DNA of 64,000 nucleotides from an uncultured Candidatus Saccharibacteria bacterium (GCA_964385105.1 CAYLMU010000001.1:66252-130251), one strand, 5' to 3'. Shown: positions 28,431 through 38,623, counted from the stretch's first letter. The notes: generated by a model from the sequence alone, not told the origin. A program made the numbers and translations.

Positions 28431-28692
28431 TCCCGAGCAGGTTGAAATAAATAAAAAAGTAAAAAATACAGGCATATTAATGCTGGTAGCTATGCTTTTT
28501 GTTGTTTTTGCTTGGGTGTTTTTTGTTCTGTCAGCTCCTGAAAAAGCTCAACAAATGATTTCAAAAGATTCTTCTATTTTTACAAACAGTAGGGTAAGCG
28601 AATTAGGAGATGAAATTAATGTCATTGGTGAGGAGTTAATAATATTTGAAGAAGATTTAAATTACGATTTAAATGCAGACTTTAGTTTTTAG
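28420..28692 (+). CDS. Small single-TM hypothetical protein
   Basis: One hydrophobic helix and an acidic C-terminus; overlaps the upstream stop. Confidence 0.55.
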   Translation: MQSNPEQVEINKKVKNTGILMLVAMLFVVFAWVFFVLSAPEKAQQMISKDSSIFTNSRVSELGDEINVIGEELIIFEEDLNYDLNADFSF

Positions 28693-28703
28693 TTTATTTA
28701 AAT

Positions 28704-30143
28704 TTAAACCCTTTGAAACAGATTTTCTCCTTTTTTGATATTTTCTTGTGTTAAGCTTGTTTGCAGTTTTAGGCAAACCTCAGGCAGAAAAGGTTCAAGC
28801 AGTAATGAAATTTTGTATAGTTCGTTTAGCTCAAACTCGAGTATATCTTTTAATTTAGCTTCATCTTTTATTGCCCAAGGCTCGTTTTCGTTAATATGTT
28901 TGTCCAGGTCGGTCAGCAGTTTCCAAATATTTTCAAGCACGGTATCGATTTTAAACTCATTTATGGGCTCAAAAATCTCATCATCCCAAATATCGGAATT
29001 GTTTTGATTTATATCAAATGATGAGCCTGATTTTTCAGCGAGTGCCGTTAATCGGGCTGCGGTATTTCCTAGTCCATTGGCCAGGTCTGCATTGTAGCGT
29101 TCGTCAAGCGTGTTCCATGTTATGTCGGTATCATTTTTGTAAGGAAGATTTTTTAATATTAAGTATCGTGCGCCGTCTGAGCTGTACCTTTTTGATAATT
29201 CACCTGGTGTAATAACATTTCCCAATGATTTGCTTATTTTTTGACCGGATATATTTAAATAACTGTGTACAAAAGCATTTTCAAATAAATCATATTCAGC
29301 AGATAGCAAAAATGCAGGCCAAATTACGGTGTGAAACCAATTTATATCTTTACCCAGCAAATGTACTGCCGATGTCCACAAGTGTTGCTTATTATTAATC
29401 TCAAGCGATGATAAATAATTTATTAACGCTTCAACCCATACATAAATAGTTTGGTCAGCATCCCCAGGAAACTCGATTCCCCAGGATACTTTTTCTTTTG
29501 GCCTTGAAATACTGAGGTCATTAATTTCGTTATCAAGACGTGCTAGCATTTCTTGTTTTTTTTGAGCTGGTGTTATTTTAATAGTGTCGCTTTGAATTAA
29601 ATTTTTTATTTGAGGGGCATATTTAGAGAGCCTGAAAAAATAATTTTCTTCTTCTATTTCTATAACCTGGTCGGGTCGGTGTAAGGGGCATAAACCTTCA
29701 TCGTTTAAATCAGATAGTGTTAAGAATTTTTCACAACCGGTACAATATTTTCCTTTGTATGTATGTTTATAGACATCGCCTTTGTTTACCATTTTGCTAA
29801 TGAATTGTTTAGCAAACTCTTTGTGACCCGGATGTGTTGTTCGTACGAAATAGTCATAACTTATATTCGTTTCATCAAAAGCCTGTTTCCATTCAATTGC
29901 CCGTTGGTCAACATACTTTTGCAAATCAGTGATGTTTTCTTTTGCTGCGGATTGTTCAACTGTTGTTCCATGCTCATCAAGCCCTGTTGTTAAAAAAACA
30001 TTTTCATTTCCAAGCTTTTTTCTGTAGTAGCGAGCAAGTGCATCAGCTATTGTGGTTGTTAAAAAATGCCCGACGTGGGGTGAACCGTTTGCATAGTAAA
30101 TTGGTGTGGTTATGTAAAATGTATCTCGGTTTTTGTGTGTCAT
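28704..30143 (-). CDS. metG: Methionine--tRNA ligase (short, one-knuckle type)
   Basis: FYITTPIYYANGSPHVGH, GLDEHG, CTGC...CPLH, YVWVEALINY, GKDI..FH, KISKSLGN. Confidence 0.97.
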   Translation of the reverse strand: MTHKNRDTFYITTPIYYANGSPHVGHFLTTTIADALARYYRKKLGNENVFLTTGLDEHGTTVEQSAAKENITDLQKYVDQRAIEWKQAFDETNISYDYFVRTTHPGHKEFAKQFISKMVNKGDVYKHTYKGKYCTGCEKFLTLSDLNDEGLCPLHRPDQVIEIEEENYFFRLSKYAPQIKNLIQSDTIKITPAQKKQEMLARLDNEINDLSISRPKEKVSWGIEFPGDADQTIYVWVEALINYLSSLEINNKQHLWTSAVHLLGKDINWFHTVIWPAFLLSAEYDLFENAFVHSYLNISGQKISKSLGNVITPGELSKRYSSDGARYLILKNLPYKNDTDITWNTLDERYNADLANGLGNTAARLTALAEKSGSSFDINQNNSDIWDDEIFEPINEFKIDTVLENIWKLLTDLDKHINENEPWAIKDEAKLKDILEFELNELYKISLLLEPFLPEVCLKLQTSLTQENIKKGENLFQRV

Positions 30144-30149
30144 GATGCC

Positions 30150-30470
30150 TTATTTTAGCACAAACGCTTTAATTATAAGCAAAACGAGGGTTATGCATCC
30201 AAAGATTAGGCTTTTTTTTAGTGAATGTCTGTAAAGTGTTTTGGCCTCTTCGTTTGATGCAGGTTTTTTACGTTTAAATAGAAAAATTGACAATGTTAAT
30301 GAAAAAGCAAGTGAAGCTAATAGTAAACCCGTTAAAATTGTTAAATTCCCGGTCGGCGGGTTATTTGCCATAAACAAAAATAAACTAATCCAACTAACAA
30401 AAGTGAAAAAGTACATTGTGTAGAGAAATTTAGGATTTGTTTTTGAAGGGTGAGTTGTAACAACAGCCAT
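30150..30470 (-). CDS. Small 3-TM hypothetical membrane protein (start probably 30470, not 30629)
   Basis: Three hydrophobic segments; TGCTACTAT extended -10 just upstream of ATG 30470; the longer form would overlap rmuC antisense. Confidence 0.55.
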   Translation of the reverse strand: MAVVTTHPSKTNPKFLYTMYFFTFVSWISLFLFMANNPPTGNLTILTGLLLASLAFSLTLSIFLFKRKKPASNEEAKTLYRHSLKKSLIFGCITLVLLIIKAFVLK

Positions 30471-30534
30471 AGATGAAATAAATAGTAGCATAGATTTTTT
30501 AAAAAATGGGGTGTCTGTTAAAATATATAGGCAT

Positions 30535-31605
30535 ATGGTTTCTACACAATTTCTCATTGTTTTTGTTTTACTTGTTATTGGCGTGGCAGGGGCTATTGTG
30601 TATGTACTTTCTTCCCAGATAAAAAGCATAAAAGAAGAATTAAATAAAGATAATGATCAGGTTTTGGTTGAGTGGTTAAAAGAAATGAAAGGTTCTGTTG
30701 AAAAAAACTCCGAAACGTTGGAGAGACAGTTAAATGATCAGAGAAGTGCTCTTAATGAACAGCTCAAGGGGCAGCGTGATGCAATGAATCAGCAAACTAA
30801 GCTTATTTGGGAAAGACTGGATAAAGCTTCGGAGGTTATTCAAGGAGTACAGCAACATTTGGGAGGAATCCAGGAATTTGGAAAAGATATGAAAGATTTA
30901 AGTAACGTGCTAAAGTCGCCAAAATTAAGAGGTGGTTTAGGCGAACAACTTTTGTATGAAATATTGGCAAATGCCTTACCTGCACATCTGTTTAAAACTC
31001 AATTTAAATTTAGAGACGGAAGTATGTGTGACGCAATAATTTTTACTGACCGGGGAAGTATTCCTATTGATTCTAAGTTTCCAATGGAAAATTTTAAATT
31101 AATGCTTACACTTGAGAGCCCTGAAGACAGAGACCGTGCTAAAAGAGTTTTTGTGCGGGATGTTAAAAAAAGAATTGATGAAATATCAAAATATATTTTG
31201 CCCGAAGAAGGAACTGCTGATTTTGCCGTAATGTATATTCCTTCTGAGAATGTTTATTATGAGTTATTGGTTAATACATCTGAAATCGAAGATTATGCCA
31301 GACAGAAATGTGTGTTTTTAACGTCACCCAACACATTAAGTTATCAGGTTAGAAGCATTTTAGTGGCTTTTCAGCAGCAGGAACTTCAAAAACACGCAGG
31401 AGAGATTTTAAAAGCTTTGTCGGGAATTAAGGTAGAAGCAGAAAAATTTGACGCCGAACTAAATGTGCTTGATGGTCATATTGATAGAACTGCAAAATCT
31501 TTTGCAAATGTTAGAAATAAGTATTCACGGTTGTTTACTAAAATCGATTCGGTTGAGCAGTTGAGTGAGGGCGATGCTATACAAAAACCACTATTGGATG
31601 AATAA
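30535..31605 (+). CDS. rmuC: DNA recombination protein RmuC
   Basis: TM + coiled coil; SPKLRGGLGE, PIDSKFP, KYILPEEGT.DFAVMYIPSE, SPNTL. Confidence 0.92.
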   Translation: MVSTQFLIVFVLLVIGVAGAIVYVLSSQIKSIKEELNKDNDQVLVEWLKEMKGSVEKNSETLERQLNDQRSALNEQLKGQRDAMNQQTKLIWERLDKASEVIQGVQQHLGGIQEFGKDMKDLSNVLKSPKLRGGLGEQLLYEILANALPAHLFKTQFKFRDGSMCDAIIFTDRGSIPIDSKFPMENFKLMLTLESPEDRDRAKRVFVRDVKKRIDEISKYILPEEGTADFAVMYIPSENVYYELLVNTSEIEDYARQKCVFLTSPNTLSYQVRSILVAFQQQELQKHAGEILKALSGIKVEAEKFDAELNVLDGHIDRTAKSFANVRNKYSRLFTKIDSVEQLSEGDAIQKPLLDE

Positions 31606-31633
31606 TAATTTTCTTAAGCTATAATAGCCACAT

Positions 31634-34483
31634 ATGTCTAAAACCAGAATAAAATTAAACGCTGACCAACAGCATGCAGTTGAACATAAATTTGGCCCTT
31701 TGTTGGTTGTGGCTGGTGCAGGTACCGGAAAAACTCGCGTTATTACAGAAAGAATTAAGCACTTAATTAACACTGAAAATTTAAGTCCAAAAGAAATACT
31801 TGCGCTTACTTTTACAGATAAAGCCTCTCACGAAATGGTTGCCAGATTGGATGAATCTATGCCTCTTGGGTATGAAGAACCTTGGATTCTTACTTTTCAC
31901 TCTTTTGCAGATAGAGTTTTACGCTCCGAAGGCCTTGAAATCGGGCTTGACCCTTCATATAAAATAATGTCTTATCCTGAACAATGGTTGTTGATTAGAA
32001 AAAATTTATTTAAATTTGAATTAGATTACTTTTTACCTCTTGGGAATCCGACAAAGTTTATATCATCCATTATAAAGTTTATTTCAAGATTACAGGATGA
32101 GAATATTACCGTAAGTGACCTTGAAATATTTGCACAAAATTTTAAAGGCGATGACGATGAAAAACAGCGGTGGAGTGAACTTGCAGCTTTTTACAAAAAA
32201 TATGAAGCTCTGAAAATTGAAAAATCAAAAATGGATTTTGGAGATTTAATTGTATGGATAATAAAGCTATTTAACGAACGACCCAATATTTTAAAAAAAT
32301 ATCAAACCCAGTTTAAGCATGTACTAGTAGATGAATTTCAGGATACAAACTATGCCCAATACGAGCTAGTAAAAATACTTTGCCCTGAAAATGGTATGGA
32401 AAACAGAAGCTTACTTGTGGTGGGGGATGACTCTCAATCTATTTATAAATTTAGAGGGGCTGCCGTTTCAAATATTTTGGAATTTATGCATGATTTTCCA
32501 AAGGCGCAAATGTTTACTTTGTTGAACAATTACCGAAGTACACAACATATTCTTGATCCGGCATATAAGCTAATACAAAATAATAATCCCGACACTTTAG
32601 AAAGTAAGCTTGGAATCTCAAAAGAGCTAAAGAGCCACGTTAAAGAAGATGGCATGGCTGAAATATACAAAATGGCAAATTTAGAAGATGAGGTTGACTT
32701 TACGTTGGATAAAATCATTGAAATTCTGGGACGGGAGCCTTCTTATAACTACAAGGATATTGCAATTTTAGCCAGGGCAAATAGTCATTTAGAACCTTTT
32801 GTTATGGGATTAAGGAGACGAGGTTTGCCTTATCAATTAGTTGGTAACCGTGGCTTGTATGACAGGGATGAGATTAGGGATGCCTTAGCTTTATTAAAAG
32901 TGGTGGTTAATCCGAATGATTCAATAAGCTTGTACAGGGTACTAAATATTGAGACTTTAAATATTGATACTGAAGTGATTTCTAAAATTCTCTCCACGGC
33001 AAAATACAAAAAGCTTGATTTATGGACTGTAATGAAAGAATTGGGTGATGAGAATACAGACTTTTTATGTGAGAAAATTCATGAATTTCAAGCAAAAATA
33101 ACTGATGAAACGCCAACAAACTTTGTTTATCAAATAATAAATGCAATTAAATATTTAGACCGGTTTTTGAAAGAGGAAACTATTGAAAATAAGCTTGCAC
33201 TTAACAATTTAAATTTATTTTTAGATCGAATTAAGAGGTTTGAGGTTGAATATCGCGCTGACAACAACGAAACACCTACATTGGTAGATTTGCTTGAGTA
33301 CTTGGAACTAATGATTGAAGCCGGTGAAAATCCTGCTCAGGCAGAAATAGAGGATGTGGAGACCATTAAGCTGTTGACGGTACATTCGAGCAAAGGTTTG
33401 GAGTTTGGAGCTGTTTTTATGGTTAATTTGGTATCGGGTAGGTTTCCTACAAACAATAGAACAGATGCAATAGAAATTCCCGACGACCTGGTTAAAGAAA
33501 TACTTCCGTCGGGTGATGCACATATTCAGGAAGAAAGAAGGCTTTTTTATGTAGGTATGACCAGAGCAAAAAAATATCTTTATTTAATGAGCAGCAAAAA
33601 TTATGGCGGAAAGCGAGACAAAAGTATAAGCGGATATGTATCTGAAACAGGGTTGAAAATAAATGAAATTGCAGAACTTGACAAAGCTCAAAAACAGGAA
33701 AGCTTATTTGGTGTAAATTCAACATATCGAAGTCCTAAAATACAAAAGGTGCAAAACTTTTTACCCACCTCAATGAGTTTTTCACGTTTATCCGTGTACC
33801 AAACATGTCCGCTAAAGTATAAATACATGTATATACTAAACATACCGACGCCTCCGAATCATGCATTAAGCTTTGGAATAACAATTCATGACACTTTGCG
33901 AGAATTTCACACAAAGCTTTTATTTGGTGATATGACTTTAGAGGAACTTTATGAAATTTATAAAAAAAACTGGCAGCCACTTGGATACCTAGACAACGAG
34001 CATCAACATGCACGCTTTGAAAGCGGCAAGGCTCTATTACAAAAATATTATGAAAAAAATAAGGGTATAACCGTAAGGCCTCTTGAGCTTGAAAAAAGCT
34101 TCACACTACAACTTGGCGGAGTAAAATTTTTTGGTCGAATAGACAGAATAGACCCCTGTGAAGATGGTGGAGTTGAAATTATTGACTACAAAACAGGCGG
34201 AGTGAAAACTCAAAAACAGGTCGATTCTGATGAACAGGTTGCACTCTATGCAATAGCGGCAAAAGAAGCGCTTGGATTAAATCCCACAAAGCTTACATAC
34301 AATTTTATTGAAGGTGATGAAATAGTTACAACATTAAGAACCGAAGAACAGCTTGAAGCAACCAAACAGCAAGTTAAAGAAACTGTTGAGCAGATTAGAA
34401 AAGGTAATTTTGAACATAAACCGGGAATGCATTGTACGTGGTGTGATTATAAGGATATTTGTCCTTATGCGTGGACGGGGTAA
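31634..34483 (+). CDS. UvrD/PcrA-family helicase fused to a PD-(D/E)XK RecB-type nuclease with an Fe-S Cys set (AdnAB/AddA-like)
   Basis: AGAGTGKT, VDEFQD, VGDDSQSIY.FRGA, NYRS, TVHSSKGLEF, EERRLFYVGMTRA; C-terminal CP, GRIDRID, IIDYKTG, CTWCDYKDIC. Confidence 0.9.
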   Translation: MSKTRIKLNADQQHAVEHKFGPLLVVAGAGTGKTRVITERIKHLINTENLSPKEILALTFTDKASHEMVARLDESMPLGYEEPWILTFHSFADRVLRSEGLEIGLDPSYKIMSYPEQWLLIRKNLFKFELDYFLPLGNPTKFISSIIKFISRLQDENITVSDLEIFAQNFKGDDDEKQRWSELAAFYKKYEALKIEKSKMDFGDLIVWIIKLFNERPNILKKYQTQFKHVLVDEFQDTNYAQYELVKILCPENGMENRSLLVVGDDSQSIYKFRGAAVSNILEFMHDFPKAQMFTLLNNYRSTQHILDPAYKLIQNNNPDTLESKLGISKELKSHVKEDGMAEIYKMANLEDEVDFTLDKIIEILGREPSYNYKDIAILARANSHLEPFVMGLRRRGLPYQLVGNRGLYDRDEIRDALALLKVVVNPNDSISLYRVLNIETLNIDTEVISKILSTAKYKKLDLWTVMKELGDENTDFLCEKIHEFQAKITDETPTNFVYQIINAIKYLDRFLKEETIENKLALNNLNLFLDRIKRFEVEYRADNNETPTLVDLLEYLELMIEAGENPAQAEIEDVETIKLLTVHSSKGLEFGAVFMVNLVSGRFPTNNRTDAIEIPDDLVKEILPSGDAHIQEERRLFYVGMTRAKKYLYLMSSKNYGGKRDKSISGYVSETGLKINEIAELDKAQKQESLFGVNSTYRSPKIQKVQNFLPTSMSFSRLSVYQTCPLKYKYMYILNIPTPPNHALSFGITIHDTLREFHTKLLFGDMTLEELYEIYKKNWQPLGYLDNEHQHARFESGKALLQKYYEKNKGITVRPLELEKSFTLQLGGVKFFGRIDRIDPCEDGGVEIIDYKTGGVKTQKQVDSDEQVALYAIAAKEALGLNPTKLTYNFIEGDEIVTTLRTEEQLEATKQQVKETVEQIRKGNFEHKPGMHCTWCDYKDICPYAWTG

Positions 34484-34497
34484 TTGTTATAACAATC

Positions 34498-35415
34498 TTA
34501 AAACCCTAAAGGAAAAAACTTATTCATCACACTCAAAACCGGATTAAACACTTTTATACAAGACTCAGGAAATTCTAGTGTATTCCCGCCGAATTTTGAT
34601 TTAAACTCAGTAAATCCTTGCCACTTTTTTGTAAAAGGAACCCTTTTGTCATAAATACCTTCGAGGTCAAGTAATAAAAATCCTTGTTGTTTAAAATACA
34701 AAATTGCTTCCCAAAATAATAAATATCCGCTTTTAGAACCGCCTGCAGCATTTGAAAATCTTGTTGTTCCTCCGTGCAAATACCATACACTCTTTTTGTG
34801 GCAAACATAAAATCCTCCGCTTAAATTTTCTAAATTTTTGTTTTGAGCCAGCAAAATGTAACAATCGTCACCGAAAATACGTGCTTTTGACAAAAGATCT
34901 TCATAGCTATAGGGGGTAAAATTTTTTTGTTGCGCTGAGTTTTTGTATAAGTTATAAAATTTTTCAACAATTTTTGCTGATGGGTTTTGATGAGCATAAA
35001 CCGCGACACCTTCACGTTTGGCTCGGTTGACTCCATATTTTCCGCTTGTAGATAACGCGTTCCACTGCAATTTTTCGTCTTGTTCAAGCTCGATAATCAA
35101 AGTTTTCGTAGGAGATAAAGGGTTTTTGCTTTTTTGGTAACCGCTGTTTTGTAAAAGACTTGCACTTTGCTGGTCTTGTGGTTCTATTGTTATAACCAGA
35201 CACTTATTATCTTTACAAATTTTTTCAAATTCTAAAATGTCACTTTGACGTAAAGTTTGCGGACGTTGTACTTTTGCTACGCTAAACCCAAATTTTTTGT
35301 AAATGTTTAATGTTATCCCATTTTGGGTAGTATAAGATTTCCATCCGTTTGTATTTAAGTACTTTGCCCATTTTTCGGATTGTCTAAAGTCTTCTTGTAC
35401 CAGCGTTTCCTGCAT
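34498..35415 (-). CDS. FemABX-family aminoacyl-tRNA-dependent peptidoglycan bridge ligase (paralog 2)
   Basis: FRQSEKW, TLIIEL, YLHGGT, YLLFWEAI, DLEG, GFTEFKSKFGG. Confidence 0.8.
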   Translation of the reverse strand: MQETLVQEDFRQSEKWAKYLNTNGWKSYTTQNGITLNIYKKFGFSVAKVQRPQTLRQSDILEFEKICKDNKCLVITIEPQDQQSASLLQNSGYQKSKNPLSPTKTLIIELEQDEKLQWNALSTSGKYGVNRAKREGVAVYAHQNPSAKIVEKFYNLYKNSAQQKNFTPYSYEDLLSKARIFGDDCYILLAQNKNLENLSGGFYVCHKKSVWYLHGGTTRFSNAAGGSKSGYLLFWEAILYFKQQGFLLLDLEGIYDKRVPFTKKWQGFTEFKSKFGGNTLEFPESCIKVFNPVLSVMNKFFPLGF

Positions 35416-36356
35416 TATCTTATAGCTTTCAAAAAGCGCATAACTTTAGGGTATGTTGTATTAAATAAGTTATAAACTGTAGGGTTTAATATGTAGTCAT
35501 AAGAATCCATGTATTCAATGTGTGTGCCTCCAAACCTTAATTTAAAATTGGTGAATCCCCATTCGGGGTCTGTTTGGTCTGTAGGGTCGGCACATGCACC
35601 CCACATATCAAATTTTGTGCATCCGTATGCTTTACCTAATTTTATTGCTTCCCATCCGATTAAATTACTCGCAAAAAGGTTTCTGTTTTCGTTACTCGAG
35701 CCGCCGTAAGGATAATAAAGCGTGTTTTGATGAGTAAATAGCATCCACGAGGCCAAAGGCTTGTTCTGATACTCAGCAATTAGAAGATGAGCAATTTGTT
35801 TTGGGTAAAACATTTCCCAAATCTTTTTATAGTATTCTTTAGGATGGTTTAAAAACTTCTGTCTTTTTCCGGTTTCTTCTAAAAGTTCATAAAATATTTC
35901 AAAATCTTTATGTATTTGGCCTTTGCGTACTTTAACACCTTCTTTTTCGGATTTTCTTGCATTATACCTGTGCTTTGTATGCATGCCCATTAACAATGCT
36001 TCTTCAGGTTTTGATATATCTAAAATAATATTGTATTTAGTGAAAGTATTTTTTGGCGATGGCTTTACATTTTCTTGGGAACGAAATATTTTGACTGCTT
36101 CTTCTGCTTGTGGAGAATCTTTTTGTACATAAGGCACATCAAAATTTATTGTAAAACAGTTGTTTAGTTTTAAAGAGTTGGTCAATTCTCCCCATTGAAT
36201 TTCAAAAGGGTTTACCTTAGGGCAATAAGCGTAATAAAAGTTCGTAAACGGTAATTTGTGTTTTGTGTATTGTACGTTACCAACCCTAATAGCAGGTGTA
36301 CCGAATTCTGACTTAAAATCGCCCCATTCCGGCGATTGTACAAGGTGCTGAGTCAT
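35415..36356 (-). CDS. FemX/FemABX-family aminoacyl-tRNA-dependent lipid II ligase
   Basis: HLVQSPEWGDFK, LDISKPEEALL..M..KHRYN.RK, YYPYGGS, WEAIK, FDMWG, GFTNFKLRFGG. Confidence 0.88.
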   Translation of the reverse strand: MTQHLVQSPEWGDFKSEFGTPAIRVGNVQYTKHKLPFTNFYYAYCPKVNPFEIQWGELTNSLKLNNCFTINFDVPYVQKDSPQAEEAVKIFRSQENVKPSPKNTFTKYNIILDISKPEEALLMGMHTKHRYNARKSEKEGVKVRKGQIHKDFEIFYELLEETGKRQKFLNHPKEYYKKIWEMFYPKQIAHLLIAEYQNKPLASWMLFTHQNTLYYPYGGSSNENRNLFASNLIGWEAIKLGKAYGCTKFDMWGACADPTDQTDPEWGFTNFKLRFGGTHIEYMDSYDYILNPTVYNLFNTTYPKVMRFLKAIR

Positions 36357-36503
36357 GTGCTTAGTATATCACTTTAGTGTATAATACTTTACATACCCAT
36401 GACGGGGGTATAAATAGGAGATTGTCCGGAATTAACGCGCCGGGCAGTAGGGCCTGGACAAATATTAATGCTTGGACAGGCCTTATCTAACTGTAAACCT
36501 GAC

Positions 36504-37274
36504 ATGAACGATGAATCACCAAACAAACAGGATAAAATAATTACTACTTTTTTTGCAGCAGTTGCACTTGGTTTGGTTGTAGCTTTTGCATTGTATATAA
36601 AAAATGTTAACTCAGATGTTGAAGATGATTTATTGTTTACACAAGAAACTGACAGCTTTTTAACCGGAAAGGGTAGCGGTGATGTTAAACTTGAAGATAG
36701 TATAGTAGATGATTCGGCGCAGCCGCAAGTTCCACCAAAGGAGGAAACAATGACGAAAAAAACTTATTCCAGTACACCCGAGATGAACATAAATCAGAAT
36801 ATGGATTACAAAGCGATATTAGCCACAAATAAAGGGGAAATTACCTTAGACTTATTTGAAGAAGAATCCCCTGTAACTGTTAATAATTTCGTATTTTTGG
36901 CCAATGAAGGATTTTATGATGGAATAATATTTCACAGGGTTATTAAAGACTTTATGATTCAAGGTGGTGATCCCCAAGGCACAGGAAGAGGAGGCCCCGG
37001 GTATAGTTTTGCCGATGAAATTAACGATAAAAAAATTGTTCAAGGTTCGCTGGCTATGGCAAATGCCGGTCCAAATACAAACGGATCGCAGTTTTTTATA
37101 GTAACTGCAGATGCAACCCCTTGGCTTGATGGTAAACATACAAACTTTGGTCAAGTTACTGAAGGGCTTGATGTAGTAATGGCAATACAAAGCGTACAAA
37201 CAGGCCCAATGGATAAACCTATTGAAGTTGTTGTTATTGAATCAGTGAGAATTATTGAAGAACCAAAGTCTTAA
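36504..37274 (+). CDS. Membrane-anchored cyclophilin-type peptidyl-prolyl isomerase (probable start 36504)
   Basis: N-terminal TM; FYDGIIFHRVIKDFMIQGGDP, LAMANAGPNTNGSQFFI, WLDGKHTNFG. Confidence 0.93.
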   Translation: MNDESPNKQDKIITTFFAAVALGLVVAFALYIKNVNSDVEDDLLFTQETDSFLTGKGSGDVKLEDSIVDDSAQPQVPPKEETMTKKTYSSTPEMNINQNMDYKAILATNKGEITLDLFEEESPVTVNNFVFLANEGFYDGIIFHRVIKDFMIQGGDPQGTGRGGPGYSFADEINDKKIVQGSLAMANAGPNTNGSQFFIVTADATPWLDGKHTNFGQVTEGLDVVMAIQSVQTGPMDKPIEVVVIESVRIIEEPKS

Positions 37275-38028
37275 ACATTTTTTGCCATTCGTGAAGCGAG
37301 ACTTCTTGAGGGCGCATTGAAGGATTAATACCTGCTTTTTGCAAGTCTTCATTTTTAAATTGTTTATTGAGCATTTTTCTTGGTGATGCAAAGCCTTTTC
37401 TTAAAAATCCCGAGTACTTTTTTCTTTGTTCCGGTTTATGCAAAAATTCAGGCAAATTATTACGAAGAGTCATTTTTACTATTCCTCCATTTACTGGGGG
37501 TTCAGGTTCAAAGCTTGAACTTTTTACGATTCTCACAAACTCAATATTATAAAAAGTTTGTAAAAAAACTGACATAAAGTTTGAATCAGGTGCTTGTGCT
37601 GTTATTTTTTCAGCAACTTCTTTTTGCAGCAACAAAGAACAGTTATCTGCTAACGGTTCAAGTTTTAGTATTTCAAGTAATAAAGGCTTTGTTATATAAA
37701 ATGGCAGTGAAGCTATAATTTTGTAGCTGTTTTTTGTTTTAAACTTTGGTAACCAATCTAACACGTTATAATAAATAATCTCTAAATTCCCGTGATGGGA
37801 AAAGTGCTCATTTAAATACTCAACCATTCTAGGATCGGTTTCAACTGCGTAAACTTTACCTGAGTTATGTAATTTCTCCAGAATGATTTGTGTTACAGCA
37901 CCTAATCCTGGTCCAATTTCAATAACTGTATCGCCCGGATGAATACCTGATGAAGCAACTAAATCAGCAATTGCCTCACTATCTATTAAAAAATTCTGCC
38001 CGAGCTCTTTTTTTGGTTCTATAGCCAT
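37252..38028 (-). CDS. rsmA: 16S rRNA dimethyladenosine transferase
   Basis: PKKELGQNFL, VIEIGPGLG, ASLPFYIT, QKEVAE, F.P.PPV. Confidence 0.95.
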   Translation of the reverse strand: MAIEPKKELGQNFLIDSEAIADLVASSGIHPGDTVIEIGPGLGAVTQIILEKLHNSGKVYAVETDPRMVEYLNEHFSHHGNLEIIYYNVLDWLPKFKTKNSYKIIASLPFYITKPLLLEILKLEPLADNCSLLLQKEVAEKITAQAPDSNFMSVFLQTFYNIEFVRIVKSSSFEPEPPVNGGIVKMTLRNNLPEFLHKPEQRKKYSGFLRKGFASPRKMLNKQFKNEDLQKAGINPSMRPQEVSLHEWQKMFKTLVLQ

Positions 38029-38035
38029 AGTTAGT

Positions 38036-38043
38036 AGTATACT
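38036..38043. promoter_or_regulatory. Palindromic bidirectional -10 element for rsmA and the trmH-like gene
   Basis: AGTATACT gives TATACT on both strands, 7 nt from ATG 38028(-) and 6 nt from GTG 38050(+). Confidence 0.6.
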
Positions 38044-38049
38044 GCATAA

Positions 38050-38535
38050 GTGAAAAATATATACATTGCACTTGAAGACCTAAGAAGTTTATATAACATT
38101 GGAGCTATATTTAGAACATGCAGTTTTTTTGGATTTTACAATGTTATTTTAGTTGGCTATAGCGGAAAAACTGCTAATGAGCATGGTGAGCCAATATTGC
38201 ATCCAAATATACTTAAAACGTCTTTAGGAGCAGAAAAAGACCTTAATATTCAATTTATACCTGATTCAACAGGTCTATTAAGCTATGCACAAAAAAATAA
38301 TCTGCAAATTGTTGCGGTTGAGCAGACTGAAAGGAGTGAACCGTTGCATGAATGGAAGCCTGAAGATAATGCAATTATAGTTTTTGGAAACGAGGTAACC
38401 GGCGTGTCAGAAGAACTGCTTGATAAATCAAATAAAATTGTTGAGGTTTACCGCGCGGGAAAACATAATTCTCTTAATGTGACAACGGTGTGTGGTGTTG
38501 TTTTGTATCAGATTATAAATAAAAAGCTGCAATAA
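38050..38535 (+). CDS. TrmH/SpoU-family RNA 2'-O-methyltransferase
   Basis: LEDLRSLYNIGAIFRT, IVFGNEVTG, HNSLNV SPOUT motifs. Confidence 0.9.
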   Translation: MKNIYIALEDLRSLYNIGAIFRTCSFFGFYNVILVGYSGKTANEHGEPILHPNILKTSLGAEKDLNIQFIPDSTGLLSYAQKNNLQIVAVEQTERSEPLHEWKPEDNAIIVFGNEVTGVSEELLDKSNKIVEVYRAGKHNSLNVTTVCGVVLYQIINKKLQ

Positions 38536-38623
38536 ACCACAATCTTGGAAAAGATGCAAAATGACATGGTTTCATTATATAGGAAAAAATTACTATAAAA
38601 GTATATTATAATAAGCATATCTT

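Noticed and set aside
36415-36450. SRP (4.5S) RNA because of GTCCGGAA
   Set aside because: The conserved CAGG...GGAA...GCAG helix-8 pairing cannot be formed around the GGAA.
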